DNA of 64,000 nt from a virus. Where the stretch lies: the IMG/VR virus record IMGVR_UViG_3300025705_000581; one strand, given 5' to 3'. A model generated the notes under the pieces. It did no database searches. It saw only the letters and a program-made list of their open reading frames with translations, and was not told the DNA's origin. The position numbers were made by a program, and so were the translations under genes. Below, piece by piece: positions 18,418-29,111 of this stretch (the stretch's first letter is position 1; each line of letters begins with the position of its first letter).

Positions 18418-19911
18418 ATGACTGAAATTGTTAATGTAGAACCAATTAATGCGGTTCATATGAAAGTGACTGCTGATCCGTCAACACGGCAAGAGATTAT
18501 GAATTATTTCTCGTTTAGACCTGACGGTTATCAATTTGTGCCTTCGTATAAGAACCGTGTATGGGATGGATATATTCGTTTATATCAACCAATGCGTCCT
18601 ACGTTATATGTAGGTCTATTATCTTACCTCCAAAAATTCTGTGAAGATCGAGAGTATCAACTCAATATTGATGGCGCGTTATATGACCAAGAGCCTGTTC
18701 CTGACGATTATGGATATGAAATTGCTCGTGAGATCAACTGTAAATTTGAACCACGTGATTATCAAAACGAGTACATTGTAAATGCTATTCGTAATAACAG
18801 ATCACTCTCAGTATCACCAACATCCTCAGGTAAATCATTAATAATCTATTTACTGCAGCAGCATTATCATCAAGCGTATGGTCACCGTACTTTGATTATT
18901 GTTCCGACAATTTCATTGGTATATCAGATGCAAGGTGACTTTGCAGACTATGGCTGTGATCCTAAAGACATCTATACAATTAAAGGTGGTGTGGATAAGA
19001 ACACTAATGCACCTATTGTTATATCAACATGGCAGTCACTTATTAAATTACCAAAGGCATGGTTTGACCAATTCCGTGTTGTCCTCGGTGATGAAGCTCA
19101 CTTGTTCCAGGCAAAATCACTCACTAAGATTATGGAAAAGTTGACCGATTGTAAATATCGCCATGGGTTTACCGGCACATTGAAATCATCGGAATCAAAA
19201 ACGCATCGACTTGTTCTTGAAGGATGTTTCGGCCAGGTAAAGAAATTTGTATCAACAAAAGATTTGATGGATGCAGGTACTGTCGCTGATTTTAATGTCA
19301 AGGCAATTGTATTGAACTATACACCTGAGACCAAAAAGGATTTCAGAAAAGCATTGAGATCTGTTCAAGATACAAGCCGTAAGTATCCTGCAGAACGTGA
19401 GTTCATTATTAATAACAATAAAAGAAACATATTCATTCGGAACTTACTTTGGTCACTTAAAGATCAGAATAATCTTGTATTGTTTGATCTCGTTGAAAAA
19501 CATGGTAAAGTGTTAGAGCCACTCCTTCGGAGAGACGACCGTCACTTGCATTTTGTATATGGTGGAACTAAAGGTGATGAGCGTGAGCGGATTAGAAATC
19601 TCGTAGAAAATGATCCAGTTAAACAGCACGATATCCTTGCATCCTACGGTGTATTTTCGACTGGCGTCAACCTTAAGAAACTCGATAATGTGATATTTGC
19701 ATCTGGTTCTAAATCTGAAATCAAAGTATTACAATCAATTGGACGTGCACTCCGCAAAGGTAATGATGCGGACAAGGCAACACTATATGATATTACCGAT
19801 GATTTATCTTCAGGATCATTTGAAAACTATACTCTGAAACATTTCCGCAAACGCATTGAAATATATGGTTCTGAACAATTTAATTATAAAATCTATACGG
19901 TTAACATATAG
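18418..19911 (+). CDS. uvsW: UvsW SF2 helicase
   Basis: SPTSSGKS, DEAH, GFTGT, QSIGR. Confidence 0.95.
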   Translation: MTEIVNVEPINAVHMKVTADPSTRQEIMNYFSFRPDGYQFVPSYKNRVWDGYIRLYQPMRPTLYVGLLSYLQKFCEDREYQLNIDGALYDQEPVPDDYGYEIAREINCKFEPRDYQNEYIVNAIRNNRSLSVSPTSSGKSLIIYLLQQHYHQAYGHRTLIIVPTISLVYQMQGDFADYGCDPKDIYTIKGGVDKNTNAPIVISTWQSLIKLPKAWFDQFRVVLGDEAHLFQAKSLTKIMEKLTDCKYRHGFTGTLKSSESKTHRLVLEGCFGQVKKFVSTKDLMDAGTVADFNVKAIVLNYTPETKKDFRKALRSVQDTSRKYPAEREFIINNNKRNIFIRNLLWSLKDQNNLVLFDLVEKHGKVLEPLLRRDDRHLHFVYGGTKGDERERIRNLVENDPVKQHDILASYGVFSTGVNLKKLDNVIFASGSKSEIKVLQSIGRALRKGNDADKATLYDITDDLSSGSFENYTLKHFRKRIEIYGSEQFNYKIYTVNI

Positions 19912-20057
19912 TATTGTTTATAGAGCATAAATGCTATTATACACAGTCTGGAATTATTGTCAATGGTTAATTTCAGTTATGTCAGAAAAAAAATCTATTG
20001 ACAATATCACAGAGTTGCGATATATTAAAACTAATCTCAGTAAAGGAGGATACCGTA

Positions 20058-20570
20058 ATGGCAAAACCTACGAAACCTCGTAAGAAAAATTACGTCAACA
20101 ATAAAGACTTATATGAAGCATTGATTGCATACAAAGGACGGATTAAAGAAGCAGAGGACAGTGGTGATGAAATTCCACGTGTTCCTGACTATATCGGCAA
20201 ATGCATTTATCAGATCGCAACACGATTGGCAACTAAACCAAATTTTAGTGGCTATTCGTATAAGGAAGATATGATTAGTGACGGCATTGAGAATTGTCTA
20301 CAATATATTAATAACTTTAATCCTGAGAAATCTCAAAACCCATTTGCTTACTTTACACAAATTATTTGGTTCGCATTCCTACGCCGTATTCAAAAAGAAA
20401 AGAAACAAATGTATATTCGTTTTAAATCATCACAGCAAATGCTTGCGTCAGGTGGTACCTATACAGGTGAAGATGTAACTCTTAACTTAACAACAAATGC
20501 TGATTATATGAACTCATTCGTTCAGGATTTTGAAGATAAGTTGGCTAAGGATAAAGCGAAAAAGAAATGA
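20058..20570 (+). CDS. gp55: late-transcription sigma factor gp55
   Basis: YVNNKDL, KPNFSGYSYKEDMISDGIENC, NPFAYFTQI; AGGAGG RBS; TTGACA-N17-TATATT promoter at 19998-20026. Confidence 0.95.
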   Translation: MAKPTKPRKKNYVNNKDLYEALIAYKGRIKEAEDSGDEIPRVPDYIGKCIYQIATRLATKPNFSGYSYKEDMISDGIENCLQYINNFNPEKSQNPFAYFTQIIWFAFLRRIQKEKKQMYIRFKSSQQMLASGGTYTGEDVTLNLTTNADYMNSFVQDFEDKLAKDKAKKK

Positions 20571-21631
20571 AGATAGCAATTATTACTGATATGCACATCG
20601 GTGTACGTGGTGACTCTAAAGTATTTCTGGATCATCAGGAAAGGTTCTTTAGAGAAGTATTCTTTCCATATATTGATGAGCATAACATTAAAACAGTACT
20701 TGATTTAGGTGATACGTTTGACCGACGCAAGTTTGTTAATTACGTTACACTTGACCGTGCTAAAAAGATGTTTTTTGACCAGCTGGCAAAACGTGAGATT
20801 GAATACCACGCAATCGTTGGTAATCATTCGGTATACTATACAAATACAAACGAAATCAATTCAATGCGATTGTTACTTCAAGAATATAGCAAGTTCCATA
20901 TTTACGAAAGTAAACCTGTTGAGTTGACATTTGGCTCAACCGATGTTATAATGGTTCCATGGATTACAAAAGATAATTCAGAAGACACTATGATTACAAT
21001 GGCAGAATCAAAAGCAAATATTTGTATGGGTCACTTTTCAATACAAGGATTTGAAATGCTCAAAGGAGCTATCAATGACCACGGGTTGAAGCGTGAAATC
21101 TTTACGCATTTTGAACAAGTATACTCAGGACACTTTCATCATCCATCAGAATATGGAAATGTCAAATATCTTGGTGCACCATATGAAATGACTTGGTCGG
21201 ATTATGAAGGTCGACGTGGTTTCCGTGTTCTTGATACTGAAACACGTGAGCTTGAATGGGTTCTTAATCCATATGCGGTATATAATAAAATCGACTATGA
21301 TGATACCGATATGACAATTGAAGATATTGCTAACCTTGATGTTTCGGCAATTAAAGATACATATATTAAAGTAATCGTAAAGACAAGATCAAATCCATAT
21401 ATCTATGATCTGTTTATGAATAAGCTTACCGACTCAGGTGCTGCCGATGTAAAAGCAATTGAAGACTCATTAAACCTTGAAGATGCAGGAGTTGATGAGA
21501 TCCTAGATGAAACAAAAGACACGAAGGATATTCTACATCAATATATTGAATCAATTGATACAAGTGTTGATAAAGGAAATATTATTAAACTAATTGATGA
21601 GTTATATATTGAGGCACAGCAGATAGCATGA
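20567..21631 (+). CDS. gp47: recombination endonuclease subunit gp47 (Mre11/SbcD-like)
   Basis: DMHIG, LGDTFD, GNH, SGHFH. Confidence 0.95.
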   Translation: MKIAIITDMHIGVRGDSKVFLDHQERFFREVFFPYIDEHNIKTVLDLGDTFDRRKFVNYVTLDRAKKMFFDQLAKREIEYHAIVGNHSVYYTNTNEINSMRLLLQEYSKFHIYESKPVELTFGSTDVIMVPWITKDNSEDTMITMAESKANICMGHFSIQGFEMLKGAINDHGLKREIFTHFEQVYSGHFHHPSEYGNVKYLGAPYEMTWSDYEGRRGFRVLDTETRELEWVLNPYAVYNKIDYDDTDMTIEDIANLDVSAIKDTYIKVIVKTRSNPYIYDLFMNKLTDSGAADVKAIEDSLNLEDAGVDEILDETKDTKDILHQYIESIDTSVDKGNIIKLIDELYIEAQQIA

Positions 21632-23340
21632 AGATTGTATTTAAAGAAGTTCGTTATAAAAACTTGTTATCTTCGGGTAATTCATGGACGGTTATTCCAT
21701 TAAATCTCAGCAGAACCACACTTATTAGTGGTACAAACGGTAGCGGTAAATCAACATTACTTGATGCTATCGTATTTGGTTTGTATGGCAAAGCATTCCG
21801 TAAGGTTAATAAAGCACAATTGATTAATAGTATTAACGGCCGTGAAACTGTTGTTGAGATAGCATTTCAGATCGGTCAGAATAACTTTATGATCCGTCGT
21901 GGTATTAAGCCCAATATCTTTGAGATATGGAAAAACGGTGAAATGATTAATCAGGATGCTGCCTCACGTGACTATCAGGCATATCTTGAACAAAACATTT
22001 TAAACTTAAATTATAAATCGTTTAATCAAATTGTTGTATTGGGTTCAGCAACATATGTTCCTTTTATGGAATTACCTGCTCATACACGCCGTGATATTAT
22101 TGAAGACCTATTAGATATTCAGGTATTCAGTACAATGAATTTATTACTTAAAGATAAAGTTAATTCAAACAAAGAACAGATCACTGAAAACAGTTATCAA
22201 ATGGATTTAACCGAATCAAAATTGAGTCAAGCAAAGGAACACAATGCATCAATTCGTAAAATTCGAGAAGCTGAAGTGGACAAAGTTCGGCTTAGAATGT
22301 CCGAGCACATTGCAAAAATTGAAGGAGAAACAGAAAGCATTGGAATTCTCCAGGATAATATTGCAAACCTCACCTCCACAATATCCGATAAAGCTTCCCA
22401 AAAGTCTAAATTGGAAAAAGCAAAAAGCATTAGGCGAGATTTGGAAGCCTCATTACGTGGACATACAAAAGAATTAGCATTTTACCATGACCATGATAAT
22501 TGCCCAACCTGTAAGCAAGGCATTGAGCATACGTTTAAAGAAAACATTATCACTGAAAAAAGTAAAAAGCAAACTGAAATTGAAACAGCGTTGGTGCAAC
22601 TTGCAGAAAAGGCAAAAGAATATACTGATAGGATTGAAGAGATATCTAAGGTTGAGGATGTAATAACCGACCTAAACTTGACTATCGGTGAACACCGTGT
22701 TACTATTAAAATGTCAAAATCTGCATTGGTATCATATAAAAATGAGTTGACACAAGCTGAGGCTGAACTCGAAGAAGTTGATACTTCAAAGCTACAGCAA
22801 TATGCCGACACACTTACCAATTATGAGGTTGAGCAAACCGATCTGTTTAACCATAAAGAAGTACTCAATATTGTTCAAACAATGCTACGTGATGGCGGTA
22901 TTAAAACACGGATCATCCGTCAATATATTCCAGTAATGAATAAACTGATTAATAAGTACCTTGGTGCCTTTGACTTGTTTGTTGACTTTCAACTTGATGA
23001 AAATTTTAATGAGGTTATCAAATCAAGGTTCCGTGACCAATTCTCGTATGCTTCGTTTTCTGAAGGAGAAAAGCTACGCATTACCTTATCAATTATGTTA
23101 GCATGGCGTTCAGTTGCCAAACTGCGCAATTCAGTTTCAACCAATCTGTTGTTACTTGATGAAACACTTGACGGTGCACTCGACTCGGTAGGTATTGAAA
23201 ATCTGATTGATACATTACACAATCTTAATTCAGATGATAACATTTTTGTTATCAGTCATCGGGGTCATCAGTTTGGAGACAAATTTGATTCCCATATACG
23301 TTTTCAGAAAGTAAAGAATTTTAGTGAGATCACAGCATGA
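21628..23340 (+). CDS. gp46: recombination ATPase gp46 (Rad50/SbcC-like)
   Basis: GTNGSGKS, CPTC hook, FSEGE, LLDE, ISH. Confidence 0.95.
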   Translation: MKIVFKEVRYKNLLSSGNSWTVIPLNLSRTTLISGTNGSGKSTLLDAIVFGLYGKAFRKVNKAQLINSINGRETVVEIAFQIGQNNFMIRRGIKPNIFEIWKNGEMINQDAASRDYQAYLEQNILNLNYKSFNQIVVLGSATYVPFMELPAHTRRDIIEDLLDIQVFSTMNLLLKDKVNSNKEQITENSYQMDLTESKLSQAKEHNASIRKIREAEVDKVRLRMSEHIAKIEGETESIGILQDNIANLTSTISDKASQKSKLEKAKSIRRDLEASLRGHTKELAFYHDHDNCPTCKQGIEHTFKENIITEKSKKQTEIETALVQLAEKAKEYTDRIEEISKVEDVITDLNLTIGEHRVTIKMSKSALVSYKNELTQAEAELEEVDTSKLQQYADTLTNYEVEQTDLFNHKEVLNIVQTMLRDGGIKTRIIRQYIPVMNKLINKYLGAFDLFVDFQLDENFNEVIKSRFRDQFSYASFSEGEKLRITLSIMLAWRSVAKLRNSVSTNLLLLDETLDGALDSVGIENLIDTLHNLNSDDNIFVISHRGHQFGDKFDSHIRFQKVKNFSEITA

Positions 23341-24050
23341 ATATAAAAACACTCCACAACGGTATGTCAGTTAATGGCATTAATGATTTAAAAACATCAC
23401 TAACCTTATATGATGAATTCTTTGTTAAGAACACATATGACTGGTGGTACAAAGTACAGCCTGGCGATATTGTTATGGATATCGGTGCTTGTAATGGTAT
23501 GTTTACCTGCAAAGCACTGGATCAAGGAGCAGCAAAGGTATATGCTGTAGAGCCAAACCCTATTCTTATTGAAACCATTTTTCATAATGCTATGCCGCAT
23601 ATCGTAAATAAAAAGACAAGCCCTCTGTCTGTTACGAATGCGTTTGTCGGTGGAAATATTGAAAATGGGTTTGGCGACTTTGATAAAGGTAGTGTTCCTA
23701 TGTTATCATTTAAAGAATTGATTAAACACCTTGAAATACAATACCTAGATTATCTTAAAGTTGATTGCGAAGGCGGCGAGTTCAGTATGTTTAATGAGGA
23801 GAATTGGGATTTTCTATCAAATAACGTAAAGCACATTGCAATGGAAGTGCACCTTGACGCATCACCGTCTGCACCTGATATGTTTATCAAAATGAGAGAA
23901 AAGCTATTACCAAAATTACAACAGGCAGGATTTCAATTGAATTTCCTTAAACCTGAACATAAAACAAAGATGTGGAATGATTCGTGGATCAAAGGCAAAT
24001 GGCCAATCGGTTGGGGTTCCTGTTGGATGATATATTTGACAAAAAAGTAG
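23337..24050 (+). CDS. FkbM-family methyltransferase (paralog of 16397-17095)
   Basis: WWYKVQPGDI, MDIGACNG, LKVDCEGGEF. Confidence 0.85.
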   Translation: MNIKTLHNGMSVNGINDLKTSLTLYDEFFVKNTYDWWYKVQPGDIVMDIGACNGMFTCKALDQGAAKVYAVEPNPILIETIFHNAMPHIVNKKTSPLSVTNAFVGGNIENGFGDFDKGSVPMLSFKELIKHLEIQYLDYLKVDCEGGEFSMFNEENWDFLSNNVKHIAMEVHLDASPSAPDMFIKMREKLLPKLQQAGFQLNFLKPEHKTKMWNDSWIKGKWPIGWGSCWMIYLTKK

Positions 24051-24103
24051 TTGACAGAAACGGAAATCTGTTATAGTATGGACATAACATTGAAAGGATA
24101 TCC

Positions 24104-26638
24104 ATGTCTAATTTTTACACCTCAGTTGAGCGTTTCGGTAATACCATCCTATGGCGCGGTTATGAAAACGGTAAACGGTTTGAACGCAAAGTAAAGTATC
24201 AACCAACTCTGTATATCACCACACAACAAAAAGAATCAGAATACCAATCGCTGTTTACAAAGGCACCAGTCAAGCCGATGTTACAAGATAGTATGAAAGA
24301 TGCCAAGGAGTTTACCGAAAAGTATAAAGGTGTTCACGGACTTGAGATATGTGGTAATACAAATTATGTCTCACAATTTATTCAAGAAAAGTATCCTAAT
24401 GAAATTAAATTTGATCCAACGCTCATTAACATTGTCAGTTTTGATATTGAGGTGGATATTGCTGATGGGTATCCTAACATGGATACTGCGGACAAGGAAA
24501 TCACTTCCATCGCATATAAATCTTCAAAGTCAAACACATATCACTTGCTTGGCCGAAAAGGATATGATAAGCACAAGACCTTAACTGATATTGATACTGA
24601 TGATATTCTGTGGATGCAGTTTGATACCGAAGAAGCATTACTCAAACGGTTTATTAGTATATGGGTAAATGACTATCCTGATATTGTTACAGGTTGGAAT
24701 GTTGAATTCTTTGACATTCAATATATTATTACTCGTATGAAAAACCTATTAGGTGAAGAAAAGGTTAAAGAATTGTCACCGTGGCGTTCGGTCCGACCGT
24801 ATTCCCGTGAGTTCTTTGGTAAAGATCAAGGATCATATCGTATCAGCGGAATTACCGTTATCGACTATATGGATGCCTTCAAGAAATTTGGTTACAAGTA
24901 TGGTCCACAAGAATCATGGAAACTTGACCATATTGCATACGTTGTGCTCGGTGAAAAGAAAATGGATTACTCTGAATACGGTAACCTGACTAATCTGTAT
25001 GAGCAAAATCCTCAATTATATCTCGACTATAACCTTAAAGATACTTGGCTGATCCAACGATTTGAAGATGAAACATCATTACTTGAATTGGTTATGACTG
25101 TTGCATATGGCGGCGGTGTAAACTATGGTGATGCATTTGGTACAGTTGGTATTTGGGAAACAACCTTGTATCGTAAACTGATTAAAGAAAAACGTATCCC
25201 ACCAATCAAAGGTGGTCCAGGTCAACGTGCTGGAGAATTGGTTGGCGGTTATGTAAAAGATCCTAGAGTTGGTATGCACCCATGGATTGTATCATTTGAT
25301 TTGAACTCACTATATCCGCACTTGATGCTACAATATAATATGTCACCTGAAACCTACCTTGAGGATGAGCGTGAAAACGTATCACAGGATATGGTATTGA
25401 GTGGTAAATATCAATCAAGCCGTGAGAATATGTCCGTTGCTGCCAATGGTGCTTGTTTTACTAATGAGCATATCGGTATTATTCCTGAAATCATTAATGA
25501 GTATTATGGTAATCGTAAGATCATCAAACAAGAAATGCTTGGTGTTGAACAAGAACTTGAGAATGCAACCGATCCTGCTATCAAAGAACAATTGAAACGC
25601 AAAGTAAACCAATTGCATAACTCACAGATGGCTATCAAAATTAGTATGAACTCACTATATGGTGCCATGGCAAATGTTTACTTCCTATATTATATTAACG
25701 ATATGGCCGAGGCAATCACAACCTCAGGTCAATTGTCTATTCGGTATGCTCAACAGTCAGTAAACAATTATCTCAACAAGATCCTTAAAACTGATACTGA
25801 CTATATCGTATATATTGATACCGACTCAATCTATGTTGATATGGCACCGATTGTAGAATCAGCATTTGGTACTGTTGATGTTGACCGTAAGAAAGGTGAG
25901 GAGTTCCTCGACAAAGTTTGTCAGATGAAAATTGAACCAGTGATTGATGCTGGCTATGAAGAACTTGCAAAAAAGATGGGTGCCTACCGTCAAGCAATGG
26001 GAATGAAACGAGAAAAGATTACTGATAAGTCGGTGTTCATTGCTAAGAAACGGTACATTATGAATACACTGAATTCCGAAGGTGTTCACTATGAAGAGCC
26101 AAAGATTTCAGTTACAGGTTTAGAATCAGTGCGCTCATCAACACCTGAGGTATGCCGTGAGAAACTCAAAAAATCATTCAAAGTTATTATGAATGAAGGT
26201 GAAGAAGCAATGCAGCAGTTCATCCAGGATTTCCGTGAAGAATTCCGAACACTTAATCCTGAAGACATCGGACGTAATAGCGGTACCGATAACATTGATA
26301 AGTACAAAGTAAAAGGTTCTTATAAGAAAGGTTGTCCAATGCACGTTCGTGGTTGTATTCTATACAACAATCATCTCAAACAGCTAGGACTAAATAAACG
26401 GTATGACTCAATCGCAGGTGGTGACAAGATCAAGTTCGTTTACTTGAAAATGCCAAATCCTATCCGTGAAAACATTATTTCGTTTCCAGGAGCATTACCT
26501 AAAGAATTTGAGTTGACAAATTACATTGACTATGATAAACAATTTGAAAAGGTGTTCCTCAGTCCGATTGAATCAATCCTTGATGCTATTGGTTGGAATG
26601 CTGAAAAAATTAATACACTTGAAGATTTCTTTGGATAA
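24104..26638 (+). CDS. gp43: family B DNA polymerase gp43
   Basis: FDIE exonuclease, [27 protein letters not shown]. Confidence 0.97.
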   Translation: MSNFYTSVERFGNTILWRGYENGKRFERKVKYQPTLYITTQQKESEYQSLFTKAPVKPMLQDSMKDAKEFTEKYKGVHGLEICGNTNYVSQFIQEKYPNEIKFDPTLINIVSFDIEVDIADGYPNMDTADKEITSIAYKSSKSNTYHLLGRKGYDKHKTLTDIDTDDILWMQFDTEEALLKRFISIWVNDYPDIVTGWNVEFFDIQYIITRMKNLLGEEKVKELSPWRSVRPYSREFFGKDQGSYRISGITVIDYMDAFKKFGYKYGPQESWKLDHIAYVVLGEKKMDYSEYGNLTNLYEQNPQLYLDYNLKDTWLIQRFEDETSLLELVMTVAYGGGVNYGDAFGTVGIWETTLYRKLIKEKRIPPIKGGPGQRAGELVGGYVKDPRVGMHPWIVSFDLNSLYPHLMLQYNMSPETYLEDERENVSQDMVLSGKYQSSRENMSVAANGACFTNEHIGIIPEIINEYYGNRKIIKQEMLGVEQELENATDPAIKEQLKRKVNQLHNSQMAIKISMNSLYGAMANVYFLYYINDMAEAITTSGQLSIRYAQQSVNNYLNKILKTDTDYIVYIDTDSIYVDMAPIVESAFGTVDVDRKKGEEFLDKVCQMKIEPVIDAGYEELAKKMGAYRQAMGMKREKITDKSVFIAKKRYIMNTLNSEGVHYEEPKISVTGLESVRSSTPEVCREKLKKSFKVIMNEGEEAMQQFIQDFREEFRTLNPEDIGRNSGTDNIDKYKVKGSYKKGCPMHVRGCILYNNHLKQLGLNKRYDSIAGGDKIKFVYLKMPNPIRENIISFPGALPKEFELTNYIDYDKQFEKVFLSPIESILDAIGWNAEKINTLEDFFG

Positions 26639-26648
26639 AGGTAACACC

Positions 26649-26825
26649 ATGACAAACACAAAGCTTAATTCACTCGAGGCAGCATGGCGGTATCAGAATA
26701 CTGTTGTGGAAGCACTCGAAGCTGAGAACGCACCAGACAAATATGTAACTATGGCTAAAAAGAAACGGTTGCAGATCAAAGATAAGATTGCAATTTTAAA
26801 AAATGAGGTACTAAATAATGACTGA
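26649..26825 (+). CDS. small coiled-coil protein (DUF465-like)
   Basis: AAGG RBS; KKKRLQIKDKIA motif. Confidence 0.6.
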   Translation: MTNTKLNSLEAAWRYQNTVVEALEAENAPDKYVTMAKKKRLQIKDKIAILKNEVLNND

Positions 26826-27228
26826 TATGGCACACGATATGTATATGATGCATAATAAATTCGGCGTGGCCGAATGGTTTGAGAAAAACAAAGATGATAA
26901 AGATCTTATGCGTAAATACCTTATGTTCCGCATGCTAATGATTGGTGAAGAATACCAAGAAACATTATCAGCTATTAATAATTCAGATGCTGAAGAAGTT
27001 GTTGATGGTTTGATTGATATGTGCGTATTCGCATTGGGTACACTTGACGTATTTGGTGTTGATGCAAATGAAGCATGGAACCGTATCTATGAGGCAAATA
27101 TGGCAAAGGAACCTGGTGTAAAACCTGGTCGACCTAACCGTTTTGGTTTACCTGATTTGTTGAAACCAGCAGGGTGGACACCACCTTCACACGAAGGTAA
27201 TCATGGTAATTTAGATAAAGCTTTGTAA
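26818..27228 (+). CDS. MazG-like/PRA-PH-like NTP pyrophosphohydrolase
   Basis: EEYQET, EVVDGLIDMCVFALG, EANMAK, DLLKP.GW.PP. Confidence 0.8.
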   Translation: MTDMAHDMYMMHNKFGVAEWFEKNKDDKDLMRKYLMFRMLMIGEEYQETLSAINNSDAEEVVDGLIDMCVFALGTLDVFGVDANEAWNRIYEANMAKEPGVKPGRPNRFGLPDLLKPAGWTPPSHEGNHGNLDKAL

Positions 27229-27268
27229 GTTTTACATTACTGTCACAAAACTTTGAGGTTTCTGTAAT
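27229..27268 (+). promoter_or_regulatory. Pho-box-like 11-bp-phased direct repeats
   Basis: GTTTTAC-ATTA/CTGTCAC-AAAA/CTTTGAG-GTTT/CTGTAAT at 27229, 27240, 27251 and 27262. Confidence 0.5.
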
Positions 27269-27351
27269 AAATAATTTAAGGCAAGGTGGTAAATACCTTG
27301 TCTTTTTTATGTGAGCGACGGGGTAAAGCCGTCAAACAAAAGGAGAAACAA

Positions 27352-28317
27352 ATGGAACTACTCACAATGTGGAGTCTTATCGGATTCCTGCTTGCTGCAT
27401 ACGCAGTAATCGCCAATGATTCAGTACAAACTCTCGGTACTTGGATGGCATCAAACAATGAGAGATTTAATTTTAAAGTATTATGGGCCGCAGCATCTGC
27501 GGTTTTGTTATATACACTCTGGTATGGGTGGTATATGAATGGTGGTGATATATCCTATGGCCGTTTGAATAAGATCCCATTTCAAGATGTGCAATGGTAT
27601 CATGCTGCAGCACCTGCTATTCTTGTAGCATTAACACGAATGGGTGTACCTGTTTCAACATCATTCCTAGTCTTATCAGTATTTGCTTCAACCTTTGTGT
27701 TGGAAAAGATGCTTATGAAATCAATTATGGGTTATGGTGTAGCCGCGGCATTTGCTTATGCTGTATGGTTTGCTATCCATAAGTACTTTGGTAAATGGTA
27801 TGATGAAACTCAGCCAGTATCTGAAAGTAATAAGAAATTTTGGCGTGTTGCCCAGTGGGTAGCAACTGGTGGATTATGGTTTACTTGGTTATCGCATGAT
27901 ATTGCTAACATCGCGGTATTCCTACCACGAGTAATTCCCGTAGACTTAATGGTGTTTATCAGTGTTGTGTTTGTTGCAGGCCTATTCTTTATGTTTAGAG
28001 AAAAAGGTGGTAAGATCCAAAAGATTGTTTTGGAAAAGCATAATACTCGTTATGTTCGTTCAGCAACATTGATTGACTTGTTTTATTGGTTATGTCTATA
28101 CTTCTTCAAAGAACTGAATGATATTCCTATGAGTACAACTTGGGTCTTTGTTGGTTTACTTGCAGGCCGTGAATTGGCTATGGCTACATACTTTGGTAAA
28201 AAGAAAACAAAATCAGTATTCCCATTGGTCGCAAAAGACTTTGGAAAAATGATGGTTGGTCTTGGCGCCTCAGTTGCATTGGTGTTACTAATCCACTATG
28301 TTATTAACCCATCTTAA
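27352..28317 (+). CDS. multi-pass membrane transporter, probably PiT/PHO4-related phosphate transporter
   Basis: IANDSVQTLGT and SHDIANIA signature-like repeats, PVSTSF and PMSTTW, about 10 TM segments; AAGGAG RBS before 27352. Confidence 0.6.
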   Translation: MELLTMWSLIGFLLAAYAVIANDSVQTLGTWMASNNERFNFKVLWAAASAVLLYTLWYGWYMNGGDISYGRLNKIPFQDVQWYHAAAPAILVALTRMGVPVSTSFLVLSVFASTFVLEKMLMKSIMGYGVAAAFAYAVWFAIHKYFGKWYDETQPVSESNKKFWRVAQWVATGGLWFTWLSHDIANIAVFLPRVIPVDLMVFISVVFVAGLFFMFREKGGKIQKIVLEKHNTRYVRSATLIDLFYWLCLYFFKELNDIPMSTTWVFVGLLAGRELAMATYFGKKKTKSVFPLVAKDFGKMMVGLGASVALVLLIHYVINPS

Positions 28318-28327
28318 ATTAATTTAG

Positions 28328-28364
28328 AATGTTACCGCAATCATTTTTTGTTTGCGGTAACATT
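28328..28364. terminator. 13-bp inverted repeat after the transporter gene
   Basis: AATGTTACCGCAA-N11-TTGCGGTAACATT followed by T residues. Confidence 0.6.
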
Positions 28365-28415
28365 TTGTCACATGGTAGATAAATAAAATCACATAACTAC
28401 CATAGGAGGTCCACC

Positions 28416-28667
28416 ATGTGCTCACCAGCAGTACGTAAAGAAGCCAACCGTTTGAATTGGATGGTAAAAGGTCAACTGATTACAAAGTCAGAATCTGACA
28501 CAGTAGTTGAATACATTTACGATAGTTATTTCAGAAGATTGTGGGGCAACCATGAACGTGGCCAATATGGCACCGAAGGTTTTGATGAAGCATATAGAAT
28601 ACGTGAAGAAGAAGTTCGTAATGACGAAATTATGAAAGTTGCTGTCCTCGGAGGACACTTCGACTAG
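28416..28667 (+). CDS. hypothetical protein
   Basis: AGGAGG RBS. Confidence 0.7.
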   Translation: MCSPAVRKEANRLNWMVKGQLITKSESDTVVEYIYDSYFRRLWGNHERGQYGTEGFDEAYRIREEEVRNDEIMKVAVLGGHFD

Positions 28668-28715
28668 CAAGAAAGTATATTATGGAATTAATTTGATTTA
28701 AAAAGAAATTAACTA

Positions 28716-28750
28716 TTGACATTTGGTATAGAATCAGTTATATTAGAATC
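28716..28750 (+). promoter_or_regulatory. early promoter with two GAATC motifs
   Basis: TTGACA-tttggtataGAATCAGT-TATATT-aGAATC. Confidence 0.85.
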
Positions 28751-28772
28751 AACAAATAAAGGAATATACCAA

Positions 28773-29027
28773 ATGTCTACAGAATTACGCAATGTACCGA
28801 ACTTAAACGCAACAACTGAATTAACTCAAACTCGTTTTTGGGGTGGTCAGGATCGTAAGCAATGTGTTCAAATAACACAAGCAAAACCTCGTGGTTTTTC
28901 TCAGCCTACTACATCTGATGGATTTTTCAACCATGTTGAATTGACTCGTGAGCAGGCTCGTGAATTGGCTGTTGAGTTGATGTTGTTTGCTGAAGGTCGT
29001 GAAGTTGAGGAATTTGAAACAGTATAA
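28773..29027 (+). CDS. early hypothetical protein
   Basis: AAGGA RBS; start 28773. Confidence 0.7.
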   Translation: MSTELRNVPNLNATTELTQTRFWGGQDRKQCVQITQAKPRGFSQPTTSDGFFNHVELTREQARELAVELMLFAEGREVEEFETV

Positions 29028-29056
29028 TTTAATTTGGTTTTAAATTAAATTGTCTA

Positions 29057-29091
29057 TTGACATTTGGTTTAGAATCAGTTATATTAGAATC
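29057..29091 (+). promoter_or_regulatory. early promoter with two GAATC motifs
   Basis: TTGACA-tttggtttaGAATCAGT-TATATT-aGAATC. Confidence 0.85.
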
Positions 29092-29111
29092 ATCAAATGA
29101 AGGAATACCAA

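Noticed and set aside
24104-26638. Intein, intron or split in gp43, nrdA or nrdB
   Set aside because: Lengths are normal, motifs are contiguous and there are no homing-endonuclease motifs.
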